From sequence record MH791411.1: a stretch of DNA of 64,000 bases. One strand, written 5' to 3'. Under the pieces are notes generated by a model. The model saw only the letters and a program-made list of their open reading frames with translations. It was not told the DNA's origin and made no database searches. Below are positions 38,196 to 48,615 of this stretch, in pieces. Positions within the stretch are counted from its first letter, which is position 1. Each line of letters begins with the position of its first letter. The position numbers and the translations under genes are program-made.

Positions 38196-38789
38196 TCAGT
38201 ATTTCAAAATATCAAACTCTGGACTAACACTTGTTACATTATCACTGACAATTTTGAAAATAGACTCAACACGTTCATGTAACTGAACATTGGTTTCTTC
38301 TTGAACTTCAATATACGCTGACATGGATGCAATTGCATGATAAGTCCCACTTCCGACAGCAGTAATTTGTGTTTTAGGTTGCAGTACTGAAAAGTCTTCT
38401 TGAACTTCATAAATCGTATGATTATGAAGAATAATGAACTGACCACCACCAACGTCTTGTGATGCATCACGAGCACCCCATTCATCTTTAAACATTTGAC
38501 GAATGATAGGAATAACTTTCAGTACTAGATACTGTGAAAAGGTTTCCCCTGCAACTTGTTCTGGTAGAGTTAGGTTGTAATTCAACAACTGTCCCATGCG
38601 GAACGAGGTAGTATACCCCAACGCCATTACTTCTTTAGTGCGAGAAAGACCATCCTCATTGAGTTTAATGAACTCTTTCTCAAATACTTTAGGCTCAGTT
38701 TGAACTGCTTTAGTGAAACCATTGCTTCCTAATTTATCACCAGCGATGAAGGAAGATGTGCCATTTGTGTGAGCGATAATACAAGTCAT
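38196..38789 (-). CDS. Ntn-hydrolase / HslV-proteasome-beta-like peptidase
   Basis: start reassigned to MTCIIA (Thr nucleophile) after GGAG; AGDKLGS, AVGSG motifs. Confidence 0.75.
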   Translation of the reverse strand: MTCIIAHTNGTSSFIAGDKLGSNGFTKAVQTEPKVFEKEFIKLNEDGLSRTKEVMALGYTTSFRMGQLLNYNLTLPEQVAGETFSQYLVLKVIPIIRQMFKDEWGARDASQDVGGGQFIILHNHTIYEVQEDFSVLQPKTQITAVGSGTYHAIASMSAYIEVQEETNVQLHERVESIFKIVSDNVTSVSPEFDILKY

Positions 38790-39046
38790 GAAATAACTCC
38801 TTGTGCAAAAAGGGCCGTATACAACCAGTATATCAACAACCCTAGTGTAAGTAAACATGCTCCATAAGAAATTGATAGAACATAGTAAATTCCTGCTTCT
38901 AACTTGGATGAAAATTTGTGTGTACTGGAATCCATAAAACCACGTTTGTAGTCTTTATAGATGAAACATGTTAAAACTAATGTAATGCAATATACAATAG
39001 TTGTTGCATAAAAAACAAGAGATGTTAAGTTTTGTAAATTTGTCAT
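38786..39046 (-). CDS. membrane protein (2 TM)
   Basis: 86 aa; RBS lies in a hairpin at 39052-39069. Confidence 0.7.
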   Translation of the reverse strand: MTNLQNLTSLVFYATTIVYCITLVLTCFIYKDYKRGFMDSSTHKFSSKLEAGIYYVLSISYGACLLTLGLLIYWLYTALFAQGVIS

Positions 39047-39138
39047 AGTTTATACACTCCTAGTGTATGTGAACTTATAACAAAGGATGTACCACTTTAT
39101 CATCCTCTTATTATAATATTATTATTTTGTATCTAATA

Positions 39139-39747
39139 CTAATGAATGATACTACCTAATTCGAGCAACTGATCTGGTGTAAGTCTTACAACTTCATTAC
39201 CACGAACCTTACTAACCTCCACTAACAATTCTGGAGGAATACCATTCGCTGCATATAACGCAAATAGAACACCAACCTTAGTTGATAGCTGTTCAGCAAA
39301 AATAGTCATTTGGCGAACTGATATGTATGTGTCATCACTATTTCGTGCTTTACTTTCGATTGACACATTATGTAGACCTAGAATTGAGTCCTTCATCATG
39401 TATCTGTTTTCTATATTAGCACTAAAGAATGCGATAGTGCAAGAAGAATTACAATATCTTTCAACAATAATTGTTAAATTGTTATCATTGACAAAATTTC
39501 CTAGTGCCACTCCCGCATCAAAATCACCACCTGGTGACGTAATGATGATCGTGTCAAATGGGTGTGTTTCTCTAAAAACCATCAAACGGTTTACAGTATT
39601 TTCAGTTAAAGTTGAAATGAACTGAACTGTCTGTTTAGATTCATCATATCTAATGATACTTTTTCTTTCAACACCTGCACTTGCAGGAAAGTTAATTAAG
39701 AAAATAATAATAATAGATTGGATGATTTCTTTACATAATCGTACCAC
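39139..39747 (-). CDS. exported ClpP/crotonase-fold protein
   Basis: signal peptide; ITSPGGDF...CNSSC...LGLH motifs. Confidence 0.7.
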   Translation of the reverse strand: MVRLCKEIIQSIIIIFLINFPASAGVERKSIIRYDESKQTVQFISTLTENTVNRLMVFRETHPFDTIIITSPGGDFDAGVALGNFVNDNNLTIIVERYCNSSCTIAFFSANIENRYMMKDSILGLHNVSIESKARNSDDTYISVRQMTIFAEQLSTKVGVLFALYAANGIPPELLVEVSKVRGNEVVRLTPDQLLELGSIIH

Positions 39748-39882
39748 TGGTTAACCCTCTTAGTTGATTGTTGATTACATAAATAATATTATAGGAAGAT
39801 TTAACTTAAGTCAAATTGTTTTTTATATCACTTCACAAATTCCCTCGCAGAATCACCCCGCCTTTTTACCTTCTTTGGAATG

Positions 39883-39910
39883 ATTATATCACACTAATGT
39901 ATAATGTCTA
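39883..39910 (-). promoter_or_regulatory. putative phage promoter TAGACA-N16-TATAAT
   Basis: TAGACAttatacattagtgTGATATAAT in intergenic gap. Confidence 0.65.
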
Positions 39911-40002
39911 TGCTTTTGTCAACAAATAACGTGGTAGTACTGAACTCGTTGTTGGTTCTAAGAGTTTTCCTGAAATTCAAACAAGTTGTGTACTAACAAA
40001 AG

Positions 40003-40028
40003 AAAAAGGAGCCTTATGGCTCCTTTTT
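40003..40028. terminator. intrinsic terminator (possibly bidirectional)
   Basis: AAAAAGGAGCC/GGCTCCTTTTT. Confidence 0.8.
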
Positions 40029-40295
40029 TTATTCTACCGTATTAAGTTTCTGACAAATCATGTCAGCTTCAACACGGTCTTTATAATAAATGGTAAAACC
40101 AAATTTACCAGTTACTTTATACTCTTTACAAGTTAAACAATTTACAATGTAGTACTTGTTGTTTTGTGCTGAAAATCGTACTTCATGATTACGCATCACT
40201 GGTGGAGTAGTATTATCATTTAATACCATCATCACTAAAAGTACAAGAATCACAACTGCAAATGGAATACCTAAAATCAAGAAAGTCAAAGTCAC
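40029..40295 (-). CDS. membrane-anchored hypothetical protein
   Basis: N-terminal TM. Confidence 0.7.
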   Translation of the reverse strand: MTLTFLILGIPFAVVILVLLVMMVLNDNTTPPVMRNHEVRFSAQNNKYYIVNCLTCKEYKVTGKFGFTIYYKDRVEADMICQKLNTVE

Positions 40296-40768
40296 AACCC
40301 CTTATCATAAATGCAATTTACAATAATCCCAGCATCTTCCAGTACTTTAATAGCTTCTGGTGGAGTGCGAGGATAACTTTTGTGATAAATCACACGAGCA
40401 ATACCACTTCCCGCGATCAACTTAGAACAAGTATAGCATGGTTGTAGCGTTGTGTAAAGTGTTGCTCCCTGACGTTCAGTAGGTGAACTGTATAACAATG
40501 CATTCATTTCAGCATGGATTTCATGGATATTACTCCATTCATGGTGTTCATGCTTTGCGTCATCGCTAACCCAGTCTTGGAAACGTCCACCATTAACTAA
40601 GTGCTCATTAGCGTCACAGCAGTTAGGTTGTTTAGATGGAGTGCCATTATAACCAGTACTCAATACTCGGTTATTTTTAACAATAACACAACCAACTTTC
40701 TGTGAAATGCATTTACTCTCTTCAGCCACGACTTCGGCTATCTTCAACCACGTCAAGTGTTTCATCAT
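40292..40768 (-). CDS. cd: dCMP deaminase
   Basis: KVGCVIV...STGYNGTPS, EIHAEMNAL, LQPCYTCSKLI. Confidence 0.95.
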   Translation of the reverse strand: MMKHLTWLKIAEVVAEESKCISQKVGCVIVKNNRVLSTGYNGTPSKQPNCCDANEHLVNGGRFQDWVSDDAKHEHHEWSNIHEIHAEMNALLYSSPTERQGATLYTTLQPCYTCSKLIAGSGIARVIYHKSYPRTPPEAIKVLEDAGIIVNCIYDKGL

Positions 40769-41249
40769 ATACTCCTAGGGATTGTAATTTGGCTTTACAG
40801 TTCGAATGTATTTTAAGAATACGAAGGTAGTTTAGCACATCTGATTCTTCAATGTCAAATGGTTTCGCTGCATAAACGTCCCATGCTCCCATTAATTCTG
40901 TACAGAACTTGATATCACCCGAACCCAGCAACTTGTCACGGAATTGTTTAAACTCGATTTCTTCATCGGATAATGAAAAACCCAAATCCATAAAGCACAT
41001 ACCACCAGCACTGAAGCATGACCCAGATGATGTACCAATTAAAATATCATCCATCCCATATAAGCCGTAAAAAATATTGGAGTACCAAGTACTAAGTTTA
41101 CTTCGGTGATGATATTTAAGAACATTCTTCTTGATATTTACATCTAATGAATTAGCTGTTGATATCACTTTTTTGGTTAAAATAATAGTTTTGTTCAAAT
41201 TACTCAACCATACTTTAGTATCAGTTGGGCTAAGAGCAGTGTATTTCAT
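40722..41249 (-). CDS. hypothetical protein
   Basis: 175 aa ORF. Confidence 0.7.
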   Translation of the reverse strand: MKYTALSPTDTKVWLSNLNKTIILTKKVISTANSLDVNIKKNVLKYHHRSKLSTWYSNIFYGLYGMDDILIGTSSGSCFSAGGMCFMDLGFSLSDEEIEFKQFRDKLLGSGDIKFCTELMGAWDVYAAKPFDIEESDVLNYLRILKIHSNCKAKLQSLGVYDETLDVVEDSRSRG

Positions 41250-41250
41250 G

Positions 41251-41775
41251 TTAATCCTCTAAATTCCATTCATCAACCATAGTTGAGCATAATTCCATGT
41301 GTCGGAAATATTTCTCATTAAGTGAATATGGACTCTTATAAAATTGTCGTACATCAGTGAATATATCATAGTTTCTATATATAAATGACATATTTTTATT
41401 CATGAATTCTATAATCTTCCATAACTTTTCTGTATCGTTTTGTATAGTTTCTGCACTCAATCCCGTCAATTTCATTAGACGCTTGATTTTGAAGCCTGAC
41501 TCTATTGACGTATTATTATGCTTAGTTAAGTAACTATAGCCGATAGAACTCTGTATTAGTTCGATACTATCAGTACTAGTTATTGTTCCTAGAAATGATT
41601 TTAAATTTCTATTCAACCAATACCATTTTTTGTTCTTGTTATAGCAAGAATACCACTTTTTAACTATAGCTATTGCCTCTGAATTTAAACTTTCGGCAAA
41701 TTCATCAATTAAAAACATGTGATTGAAAAATAAATCACTTTGATCTTCAGATAATTTATATTGCTGCATATCCAC
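41251..41775 (-). CDS. hypothetical protein
   Basis: 174 aa ORF. Confidence 0.7.
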   Translation of the reverse strand: MDMQQYKLSEDQSDLFFNHMFLIDEFAESLNSEAIAIVKKWYSCYNKNKKWYWLNRNLKSFLGTITSTDSIELIQSSIGYSYLTKHNNTSIESGFKIKRLMKLTGLSAETIQNDTEKLWKIIEFMNKNMSFIYRNYDIFTDVRQFYKSPYSLNEKYFRHMELCSTMVDEWNLED

Positions 41776-41888
41776 CTACCCTATTAACAATTACACCTTG
41801 GGTATTTACCTCGTATGGATCAATTTTTGATCAATAATTTTTGATATGCAGCAAATAAAATGGGAATCATGAAAGATTCCCTAAGTAA

Positions 41889-42389
41889 TTATTTCTGGAA
41901 TGGAGTGTACTGGTACTGCTCACAATCAGATACAGTTAGTACACCTTCATCATAACCGTACTGGAGAATAAGATCAAATGCTTTATCAACCATAGCTACA
42001 ACGTCTTTGTAACGAACGATGGTATGTGCCTGTTTCTCAACTGCTTTCATAATACCCATCAACATCCAGCGACCTTCATCAGTGTGAAGTTTAGCAAAAC
42101 GAGGACGTTTAGTTGCTGCCATAATGTCAGTCCATTCTGCTTTAAACACTGATGGACGTTTAGGAATATCATACAGAGTTGTTGGGAATGTTACGTTGTT
42201 TTTCTTCATAGCTTCAGCTTGTGCAGCACGATAACCTTGACGGAATAGTGGGTGCTGTGATTTTAGCTGTTCATTGTTAAAAACTACTTTGTTTTTAAAC
42301 GCGGCAGAACCTTCTTTGTATTGTGCATTAGACATATTATTCTTTCCCCTCGTCAGTACTGATGAATTTTTTATCTGAGAATGTGCCAT
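41889..42389 (-). CDS. hypothetical protein
   Basis: ORF; real start probably MSNAQY. Confidence 0.7.
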   Translation of the reverse strand: MAHSQIKNSSVLTRGKNNMSNAQYKEGSAAFKNKVVFNNEQLKSQHPLFRQGYRAAQAEAMKKNNVTFPTTLYDIPKRPSVFKAEWTDIMAATKRPRFAKLHTDEGRWMLMGIMKAVEKQAHTIVRYKDVVAMVDKAFDLILQYGYDEGVLTVSDCEQYQYTPFQK

Positions 42390-42666
42390 GTTCTTGACGC
42401 ATAGCTTCTGCGTGTTGAACTGCGTTAATTGGATTAATGTTCTTTTTAATAAGAACTTCTTGCATTAGTTCGAGAACAATAGAAAAACCATTGAGTACTC
42501 GTTCTGCCTCGTCAACACCTTTCAATTCAATAGCCACTGCACTAATCTGATCTAATGCGGTATTAATAAACTCTGAATCATCTAACACATCATTGACTTC
42601 AGTATTATTACGTACAAGAACTTTCATATAATCTCCAGAAATAAGATGCCCCAAATGAGGCATCAA
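42337..42666 (-). CDS. hypothetical protein
   Basis: real start probably MKVLV after GGAG. Confidence 0.7.
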   Translation of the reverse strand: MMPHLGHLISGDYMKVLVRNNTEVNDVLDDSEFINTALDQISAVAIELKGVDEAERVLNGFSIVLELMQEVLIKKNINPINAVQHAEAMRQEHGTFSDKKFISTDEGKE

Positions 42667-42678
42667 ATGAAATTCAAA

Positions 42679-43374
42679 TTAGACCCACTCTTCCACGCCA
42701 CCGCGACGTTTGACGAGATACTTACCTTCTTCGTTGCGTGGACCAAGGATGATACCATCAATGAAACCATGTTCACCGTATTCGAGTGCTTCTTCAGCGT
42801 TCAACCACAGGTCACGATCCGCATCTTTCAGTAGTTGTTCGTGTGATACACCAACTGCTTCAGCAATTTCTTTAGTCAGTAGTGTGTTCAATGCATCAGA
42901 GTGTTTCAAGGAAATCTTCTGATCAGTAATCAGACCCTGAGTACCGGAACTTACTTGGTGACACATGAAGTAAGAACGCTTCCCGCCTAGACGGAAACCT
43001 TTAGTACCAACTACTGATTGTGTATAGCAACCCATTGATGCTGCATAACCCATTACTACTGTACGGATAGGAGATACACAAGACTTAGCAATGTCAGCGA
43101 TACCTAAACCTGCGTGTACTGAACCACCAGGAGAACTAATGTAGAAGGTAATTGGTTCAGAACCCTGAGAATCCAACCACACCAATTGTTGCTTGATGAT
43201 ATGTGCCATTTGGTCATTGAAGTCAGTATCAAGGAAAATGATACGGTCTTGCATCATACGAGATGCTAGATCATAAGTACGTTCTGCACCATTAACTTTT
43301 TCAACTACATAAGGAATAGAAATGTCGCGAACTTCACCACCAGCATAACCACCAAAATTGAATTGTTCAACCAT
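42679..43374 (-). CDS. clpP: ATP-dependent Clp protease proteolytic subunit
   Basis: YDLASRMMQDRIIFL, ISSPGGSV, AASMG (Ser), MCHQ (His), DRDLWL-AEEALEYG-ID. Confidence 0.93.
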   Translation of the reverse strand: MVEQFNFGGYAGGEVRDISIPYVVEKVNGAERTYDLASRMMQDRIIFLDTDFNDQMAHIIKQQLVWLDSQGSEPITFYISSPGGSVHAGLGIADIAKSCVSPIRTVVMGYAASMGCYTQSVVGTKGFRLGGKRSYFMCHQVSSGTQGLITDQKISLKHSDALNTLLTKEIAEAVGVSHEQLLKDADRDLWLNAEEALEYGEHGFIDGIILGPRNEEGKYLVKRRGGVEEWV

Positions 43375-43408
43375 TGTTATTTTCCTCTATTGTTTCATTG
43401 ATGTGAGT

Positions 43409-43436
43409 ATTATATCACAGTGTTCGTATTTGTCTA
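43409..43436 (-). promoter_or_regulatory. putative phage promoter TAGACA-N16-TATAAT upstream of clpP
   Basis: TAGACAaatacgaacactgTGATATAAT. Confidence 0.7.
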
Positions 43437-43817
43437 CAAGTTTCTTAAAAAATCGAGTAAACCGCAAATTGTATGTTTATTAAACATATCGTGGTCAATC
43501 TTTAACAACTTAACCATAGCATTATCATACACCGTAGAGTCGGTAATGTCAAACAAAGAATTTGTGTAATAACGTTCATTTTCTACATAAATGTATAATT
43601 CATTTGATTTGTCAAGATCTTCATAGAAGTTAGCATCAAAGTACTCTGCATTTCCATCAATCCAAACCTCAACTGAATCATCATCTAAGCAGTAGTTTCT
43701 TGCTTCTTTTGAATATATTTCCAGCTTTCTGGCTGCACTGGAGTAATGTTTATAACCATTAATTACGTACTTTATTTCATCATTGTACTCAATTACATAC
43801 ACAACGATATTTTCCAT
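43434..43817 (-). CDS. hypothetical protein
   Basis: 127 aa ORF. Confidence 0.7.
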   Translation of the reverse strand: MENIVVYVIEYNDEIKYVINGYKHYSSAARKLEIYSKEARNYCLDDDSVEVWIDGNAEYFDANFYEDLDKSNELYIYVENERYYTNSLFDITDSTVYDNAMVKLLKIDHDMFNKHTICGLLDFLRNL

Positions 43818-44212
43818 CAGTACACCCCTATTGACGCAAGAGCATGAAGAAATTCATATCGTATACCAACTGGGATGTCATCAAAATCAATCTCAATCAT
43901 TCTTAGTGAATTTGAAAATTGTTCGTATTTAAAGAACGTATTAATTGATAAAGTACTGAATGGTAACACATCACCACGACTATCATCATGTACAAGAACA
44001 TACACCTTTCCCACAAATGAATCCAAATCGTCTGCTTGTCTTACATCACTGGTGAAGTTATACCTATCTTTCATCACAGTGCCAGTACCATCAGGATTGT
44101 AGTATTGGGTTTTATCACAAGAGTATAGTATACGCATACCCCATCGTCGATACAAATGACAGCTACCCAATATAACAAGCATTTTGTCTTTTATATGCAA
44201 TGTATATATCAT
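43817..44212 (-). CDS. hypothetical protein
   Basis: 131 aa ORF. Confidence 0.7.
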   Translation of the reverse strand: MIYTLHIKDKMLVILGSCHLYRRWGMRILYSCDKTQYYNPDGTGTVMKDRYNFTSDVRQADDLDSFVGKVYVLVHDDSRGDVLPFSTLSINTFFKYEQFSNSLRMIEIDFDDIPVGIRYEFLHALASIGVY

Positions 44213-44221
44213 AGTAATTCC

Positions 44222-45013
44222 TTAGATTTCAAATACAAATTTAGGATCGTAATCGAAGTTCTCACATGCACCACTGTAAGATTCATAACCTCTTGGATTA
44301 CAAATGATACGAGTTTTCCCAATGTTGTAGTCAAAGCTACTATGAACGTGACCATGAATCCAAACATCAGCACCCAAATCTTCGATGTACTGGTCCATAT
44401 CAGAACAATAACATCCATTCAGTGAGTCATTCTTGTATCTCGGAGATACACTCTGATAACTTGGTGCATGATGTGTTACCACCACAACCTTGAAATCATT
44501 ATCATTCATTAGACGAACTGTGTTAACTGAATTTTTGATAAATTGTTTATCCTGATGATGCATGAACTCAACATCATCAGGTTTGAGCTTACGTTTCCAC
44601 GGTTCTGATGTTGTTCCATGACGAATGTGTTTATAATCATTCATCTTTTGTTGAGCATCAAACTTAACCAGTGCGTTGCCTTTATCAAAGTCAGTCCACA
44701 GTGTACTACCAACCAGCAGTACACCATCCAGCCATACAAATTTGTTTTGCAAAAAGATGAAATTTGGAATCTCATCTTGCATATCGGACAGTACTTTATT
44801 AGTCTTGTGAATGTTTGAACCGTAGTACTCATGATTACCAGGAACCAGTACTACATTCTTGAACTGCTTGCACAGGGATTCGATGCCAGTACGATAACGA
44901 CTACGTTTAACTTCATCAAAATCCCCAGCAATAATCAGTACTGTATCACTGTAATCACCACTATGGAGGTAATCAGTGCCACCGTGTACGTCTGACGTTA
45001 CAACAAATTTCAT
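44222..45013 (-). CDS. calcineurin-like metallophosphoesterase
   Basis: SDVH, AGD, PGNHEYY, THHAP, HGHVH. Confidence 0.92.
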   Translation of the reverse strand: MKFVVTSDVHGGTDYLHSGDYSDTVLIIAGDFDEVKRSRYRTGIESLCKQFKNVVLVPGNHEYYGSNIHKTNKVLSDMQDEIPNFIFLQNKFVWLDGVLLVGSTLWTDFDKGNALVKFDAQQKMNDYKHIRHGTTSEPWKRKLKPDDVEFMHHQDKQFIKNSVNTVRLMNDNDFKVVVVTHHAPSYQSVSPRYKNDSLNGCYCSDMDQYIEDLGADVWIHGHVHSSFDYNIGKTRIICNPRGYESYSGACENFDYDPKFVFEI

Positions 45014-45032
45014 AATTACCTCCTATAAATGA

Positions 45033-46451
45033 TTAACCGAGTGATTCAAGAATACTATTAGAGAACACCTCAACAGCACTATCACGAATTTCTAAGATAC
45101 GAGTATAGTCGTCACAGGTGTTTTTGTCAAATCTAAATTCAATAAACACTGGTAAAAATAGTGATGGCTCGCCAGTTCGCTTATCGAACACAATATCATT
45201 GCACTCTACTGTCACTACTTGACCAATGAGTTCTTGCATTCTTTCCCAAATGGTTTTAAACGTCCATTCTGCGTCTTTCTCTTTAATTCCAGTGCCTACA
45301 TTAACTTTCAATGTACCACAAGCACTTTCCAGTTGTAAAGAACCAAGGCTACCTTTACGCTTACCTTCACCTTCATTGAAACCAACAATACGCAAGTCCA
45401 ATTGCATTTTAAGTTTCATTTTCAACTGCTTAGGAGAAGTGTGAGATTTCCAGATACCATCTTCACATTTCAGTACTGAACCCTCTTCACCTTCGTTCAT
45501 TAGTTCACTATTGTACTCAAATGCTTCTTTGATGTTTAGAACTTTACGGAATCCAACCATACGAACAAAATCACTACCGAGTTCGTTAATTGCATCTACT
45601 AAGATCTCGCGGCGTTCTTTGCGTTTTACATTCCATACACCTTCACAAAATGCATCATATGGAACAACATCCCAGAGAACGAATACAGTACGCATTGCTT
45701 CATTCTGACTGATGCTATCTTTACCAGCTTTCTGAATGATACCGTTACCAGTAGTGCGTGGGAGAATGGTTTCTCCATCATTGTCCAGTACTACACCTTC
45801 ACCCATAAAGACTACACCACTACTAAAACGTTCATCTTTACTTTGGATAATGTGAGCAAGACCTGCCATCTCACCATCACGACAACCTAGGAAGTCGTAT
45901 AGTTTACCATTACGGGATGTAGAAGTTAATGAACCATTAATGACAACGTGGTTCAAGTACTGACCATCCATTTTAACTTCTGATATAGCATAACCATAAT
46001 CTTTGAAGTTAATGTTCTTTGCAGTCTTTTTGTCAATCAAAGAACAACGCATGTATGGTTCGTCTTTGATGAAACCTTTCCCGAACACATCATTACAGTT
46101 CTTTTCTTGGATACCACAATCAAGGTTCTTCGTGAGCATTTTACGAAGAACTTCTTGGTCATCTTCTGATACAGAACCCAGTACTGAAGCAATGAAGTCA
46201 CGTCCAGCATTTCCGGTCACACCACGTTTGTAAATGCATTCTAGCTTATCAATTGCTTCGTCTAATGTCATATGTTGGTATAGATCATCAGCTTGTGGTA
46301 GCTTTTTATATCCACTTACAATTGAAGGGTCTAGTGTATATTTCAGTACTTTTTGTAATGTTTGATTATCTTTGTTTTGTTCAAGGATAGCTTTTTTACC
46401 CAGAGTACTGCTAGTATTTTTAATGCTTTCAAGAATTGCTAAAATGCTCAT
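45033..46451 (-). CDS. lig: ATP-dependent DNA ligase (T4 gp30-like)
   Basis: EVKMDG adenylation motif, GEG, WD, EGSVLK, KLK, OB fold ending LFLPVF--FR-DK. Confidence 0.95.
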   Translation of the reverse strand: MSILAILESIKNTSSTLGKKAILEQNKDNQTLQKVLKYTLDPSIVSGYKKLPQADDLYQHMTLDEAIDKLECIYKRGVTGNAGRDFIASVLGSVSEDDQEVLRKMLTKNLDCGIQEKNCNDVFGKGFIKDEPYMRCSLIDKKTAKNINFKDYGYAISEVKMDGQYLNHVVINGSLTSTSRNGKLYDFLGCRDGEMAGLAHIIQSKDERFSSGVVFMGEGVVLDNDGETILPRTTGNGIIQKAGKDSISQNEAMRTVFVLWDVVPYDAFCEGVWNVKRKERREILVDAINELGSDFVRMVGFRKVLNIKEAFEYNSELMNEGEEGSVLKCEDGIWKSHTSPKQLKMKLKMQLDLRIVGFNEGEGKRKGSLGSLQLESACGTLKVNVGTGIKEKDAEWTFKTIWERMQELIGQVVTVECNDIVFDKRTGEPSLFLPVFIEFRFDKNTCDDYTRILEIRDSAVEVFSNSILESLG

Positions 46452-46462
46452 TGTATATTCCC

Positions 46463-47665
46463 TTATAGATAATACTTTCCAATGTAAAGTTTATTACTTA
46501 GTGATAGCTGGACGTGACAAGGTTTTTCTTGGTAGTAACGAGTTGATGCTGTTTTATTTTCAGTTGGTGGGAAGAAAGGAGAACGGTATCCATTCCATGT
46601 ACCAAATGATACATGTTCGTTTAAATCCACATCCATTGTCATAATACCATTAGCATCAATTTCAACTGGATACGCACTGTATCGTTCAAATACATCAGTG
46701 TATTGAAGAATATAATCACCATTGCGACCATAATAACTTCTGGTTGTATTGTTCTTTACACCAAAGAAAACACGATATGCCTGTTCATCAACTTTACACA
46801 TGAACGGTACGTTCTCATTGAATCGTCCATTACTCATTATATCATCAGGATTGATTTCTTCGTACTTTACTTTCAAATCTTGTGCTTTAAACGACTTATC
46901 ACTTATCAGTACTGGAATATTGCTTTCACATAATGGGTTACTGCGATTTCGTTGGATATTTTGCCAAAATGCATTAGCTTTAACAATTTCATCTTGAACT
47001 GTAGTTTTTACATTCAGTGCAGCACTTGGTTCTAACGCATAAGTTTCAAGACGAGCATTAAGAGCATATGTCCCACGAGTAGTATTATATACTAAGTGAT
47101 ACTTGGAACTCTTATCAGAAAATGAAAACTCTTTAGTTTTCTTGATACAAATAGCATTTACTTTACCACAATAATAGTAATCTTCCTTATTGTGTCTAAA
47201 ACCATCACCCACTTTCAATTTAGAAACAACTTCTTTTTGATGTTCTTTCTTATTCTCCTTCTCAACCAATTTAGCAAAGGTTTTAGTTTTACCGTTAATT
47301 AGTTCTAAACTATTATTAAAGAACATAGGTTCAACAAATACACCCTTAACAATATCATTGTTGATGATAAGGTCGTTCATGTTTTTAGCACTCACCAAGA
47401 ACTCGAAACCTTCAGGGTGACGTATGGTGAAGTATGTTTCGCGAGCATGAACAGTGAGCTTATGTACCACAGAAAACCCAATTGTAGGCACATTATCAAT
47501 CCATAGTGAAGGTAGATTGTTTTTCTTAGCCCAGTACTCGGCCTTTTCTTTTTTAGTCTCAAACGCTTTTGTGTGTGATTTTGTGGCATCTATAATGTAA
47601 CCAGTAACTTGGTTATGATTTACATATGAACGAGCCACAAATAACTTCTCTGGAAAATCCATCAA
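46463..47665 (-). CDS. conserved hypothetical phage protein
   Basis: 400 aa ORF coupled to neighbour; DNVPTIGF, IRHPEGFEF. Confidence 0.8.
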   Translation of the reverse strand: MMDFPEKLFVARSYVNHNQVTGYIIDATKSHTKAFETKKEKAEYWAKKNNLPSLWIDNVPTIGFSVVHKLTVHARETYFTIRHPEGFEFLVSAKNMNDLIINNDIVKGVFVEPMFFNNSLELINGKTKTFAKLVEKENKKEHQKEVVSKLKVGDGFRHNKEDYYYCGKVNAICIKKTKEFSFSDKSSKYHLVYNTTRGTYALNARLETYALEPSAALNVKTTVQDEIVKANAFWQNIQRNRSNPLCESNIPVLISDKSFKAQDLKVKYEEINPDDIMSNGRFNENVPFMCKVDEQAYRVFFGVKNNTTRSYYGRNGDYILQYTDVFERYSAYPVEIDANGIMTMDVDLNEHVSFGTWNGYRSPFFPPTENKTASTRYYQEKPCHVQLSLSNKLYIGKYYL

Positions 47666-48081
47666 ACAGTCCTCATTGTGCTAATTGCTTTTAATGTGTT
47701 AAACAATGCACCATATTTTACTTGCATTAGTTGATCCCCAGCAGGAAGATTCATACGCATAACAGACATGTCTTCAACCATTTCAGATGTACATAGTACT
47801 GCTACACATGTAGTTGCATCATTTAATCCGGCTTCATTGAATTTAGCGAATGGCACTTTTCCCTGCTTACAAAGGTCATCATAATAAGAATTTAACTTAT
47901 CATGACCACCAGCATTTAGTACTACAATAGTTTCGTGGTCATAATACCATTCATCAATAATAGTACTGAAAGCAGTACCTTCATATTCTTTAATTAGTTT
48001 TATGCCAGCATGAAATGCTTGAATGCCAGCTTGGACACCTTGACAGTACATGTTTGTTAAGCAATATAATTTCATTTCCAT
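47662..48081 (-). CDS. peptidyl-tRNA hydrolase PTH2-like protein
   Basis: G-QAGIQA-HA...W...ETIVVL...F-E-L----T-VAV pattern. Confidence 0.55.
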   Translation of the reverse strand: MEMKLYCLTNMYCQGVQAGIQAFHAGIKLIKEYEGTAFSTIIDEWYYDHETIVVLNAGGHDKLNSYYDDLCKQGKVPFAKFNEAGLNDATTCVAVLCTSEMVEDMSVMRMNLPAGDQLMQVKYGALFNTLKAISTMRTV

Positions 48082-48299
48082 ACCTCTTGTTTTTCTACAA
48101 ACCCTTTACCATCACAATGTGGACAAGCATAATAACTGCGATAGTCTTCAGATGGAACTTGTTGTGTACCATTACATGTAGGGCACACTTTACGTGCTCC
48201 AGAAATAATACGTTCATGGTGTTCAGCTTGTTTTGCTGAATCAAAAATACGACCATCTTCAGTTTGGTATTTTTCTACCATAACTTGAATTACTTTCAT
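48072..48299 (-). CDS. DnaJ-type zinc-finger protein
   Basis: CPTCNGT and CPHCDGKG repeats. Confidence 0.75.
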   Translation of the reverse strand: MKVIQVMVEKYQTEDGRIFDSAKQAEHHERIISGARKVCPTCNGTQQVPSEDYRSYYACPHCDGKGFVEKQEVWK

Positions 48300-48309
48300 T
48301 TCTATTTCC

Positions 48310-48615
48310 TTATAAAAATGTTAAATCTTCAGTACTTAATTGTAATAATTTACCATCATATTCAATTTCAACATATACATTTTGGTCATAAACAGCAACT
48401 ACACGACTAATAACTCCACTCTTCACCACATTCTTTTTGTAGTTGAATTCAACTGAGCAACCAATAAGTTTCTTTGATAGAATCTCACGTATTTGATTAG
48501 CATGGTCTTTTAGGATAGAATTAATAGATTTTTTCACAACATATCTATCATTTAAGTATTTTTTAACTACATCATGCATATTATTACCTTTTGAAGCGGT
48601 TAAATGAGTACTCAT
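48310..48615 (-). CDS. hypothetical protein
   Basis: ORF; start likely MHDVV. Confidence 0.65.
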   Translation of the reverse strand: MSTHLTASKGNNMHDVVKKYLNDRYVVKKSINSILKDHANQIREILSKKLIGCSVEFNYKKNVVKSGVISRVVAVYDQNVYVEIEYDGKLLQLSTEDLTFL

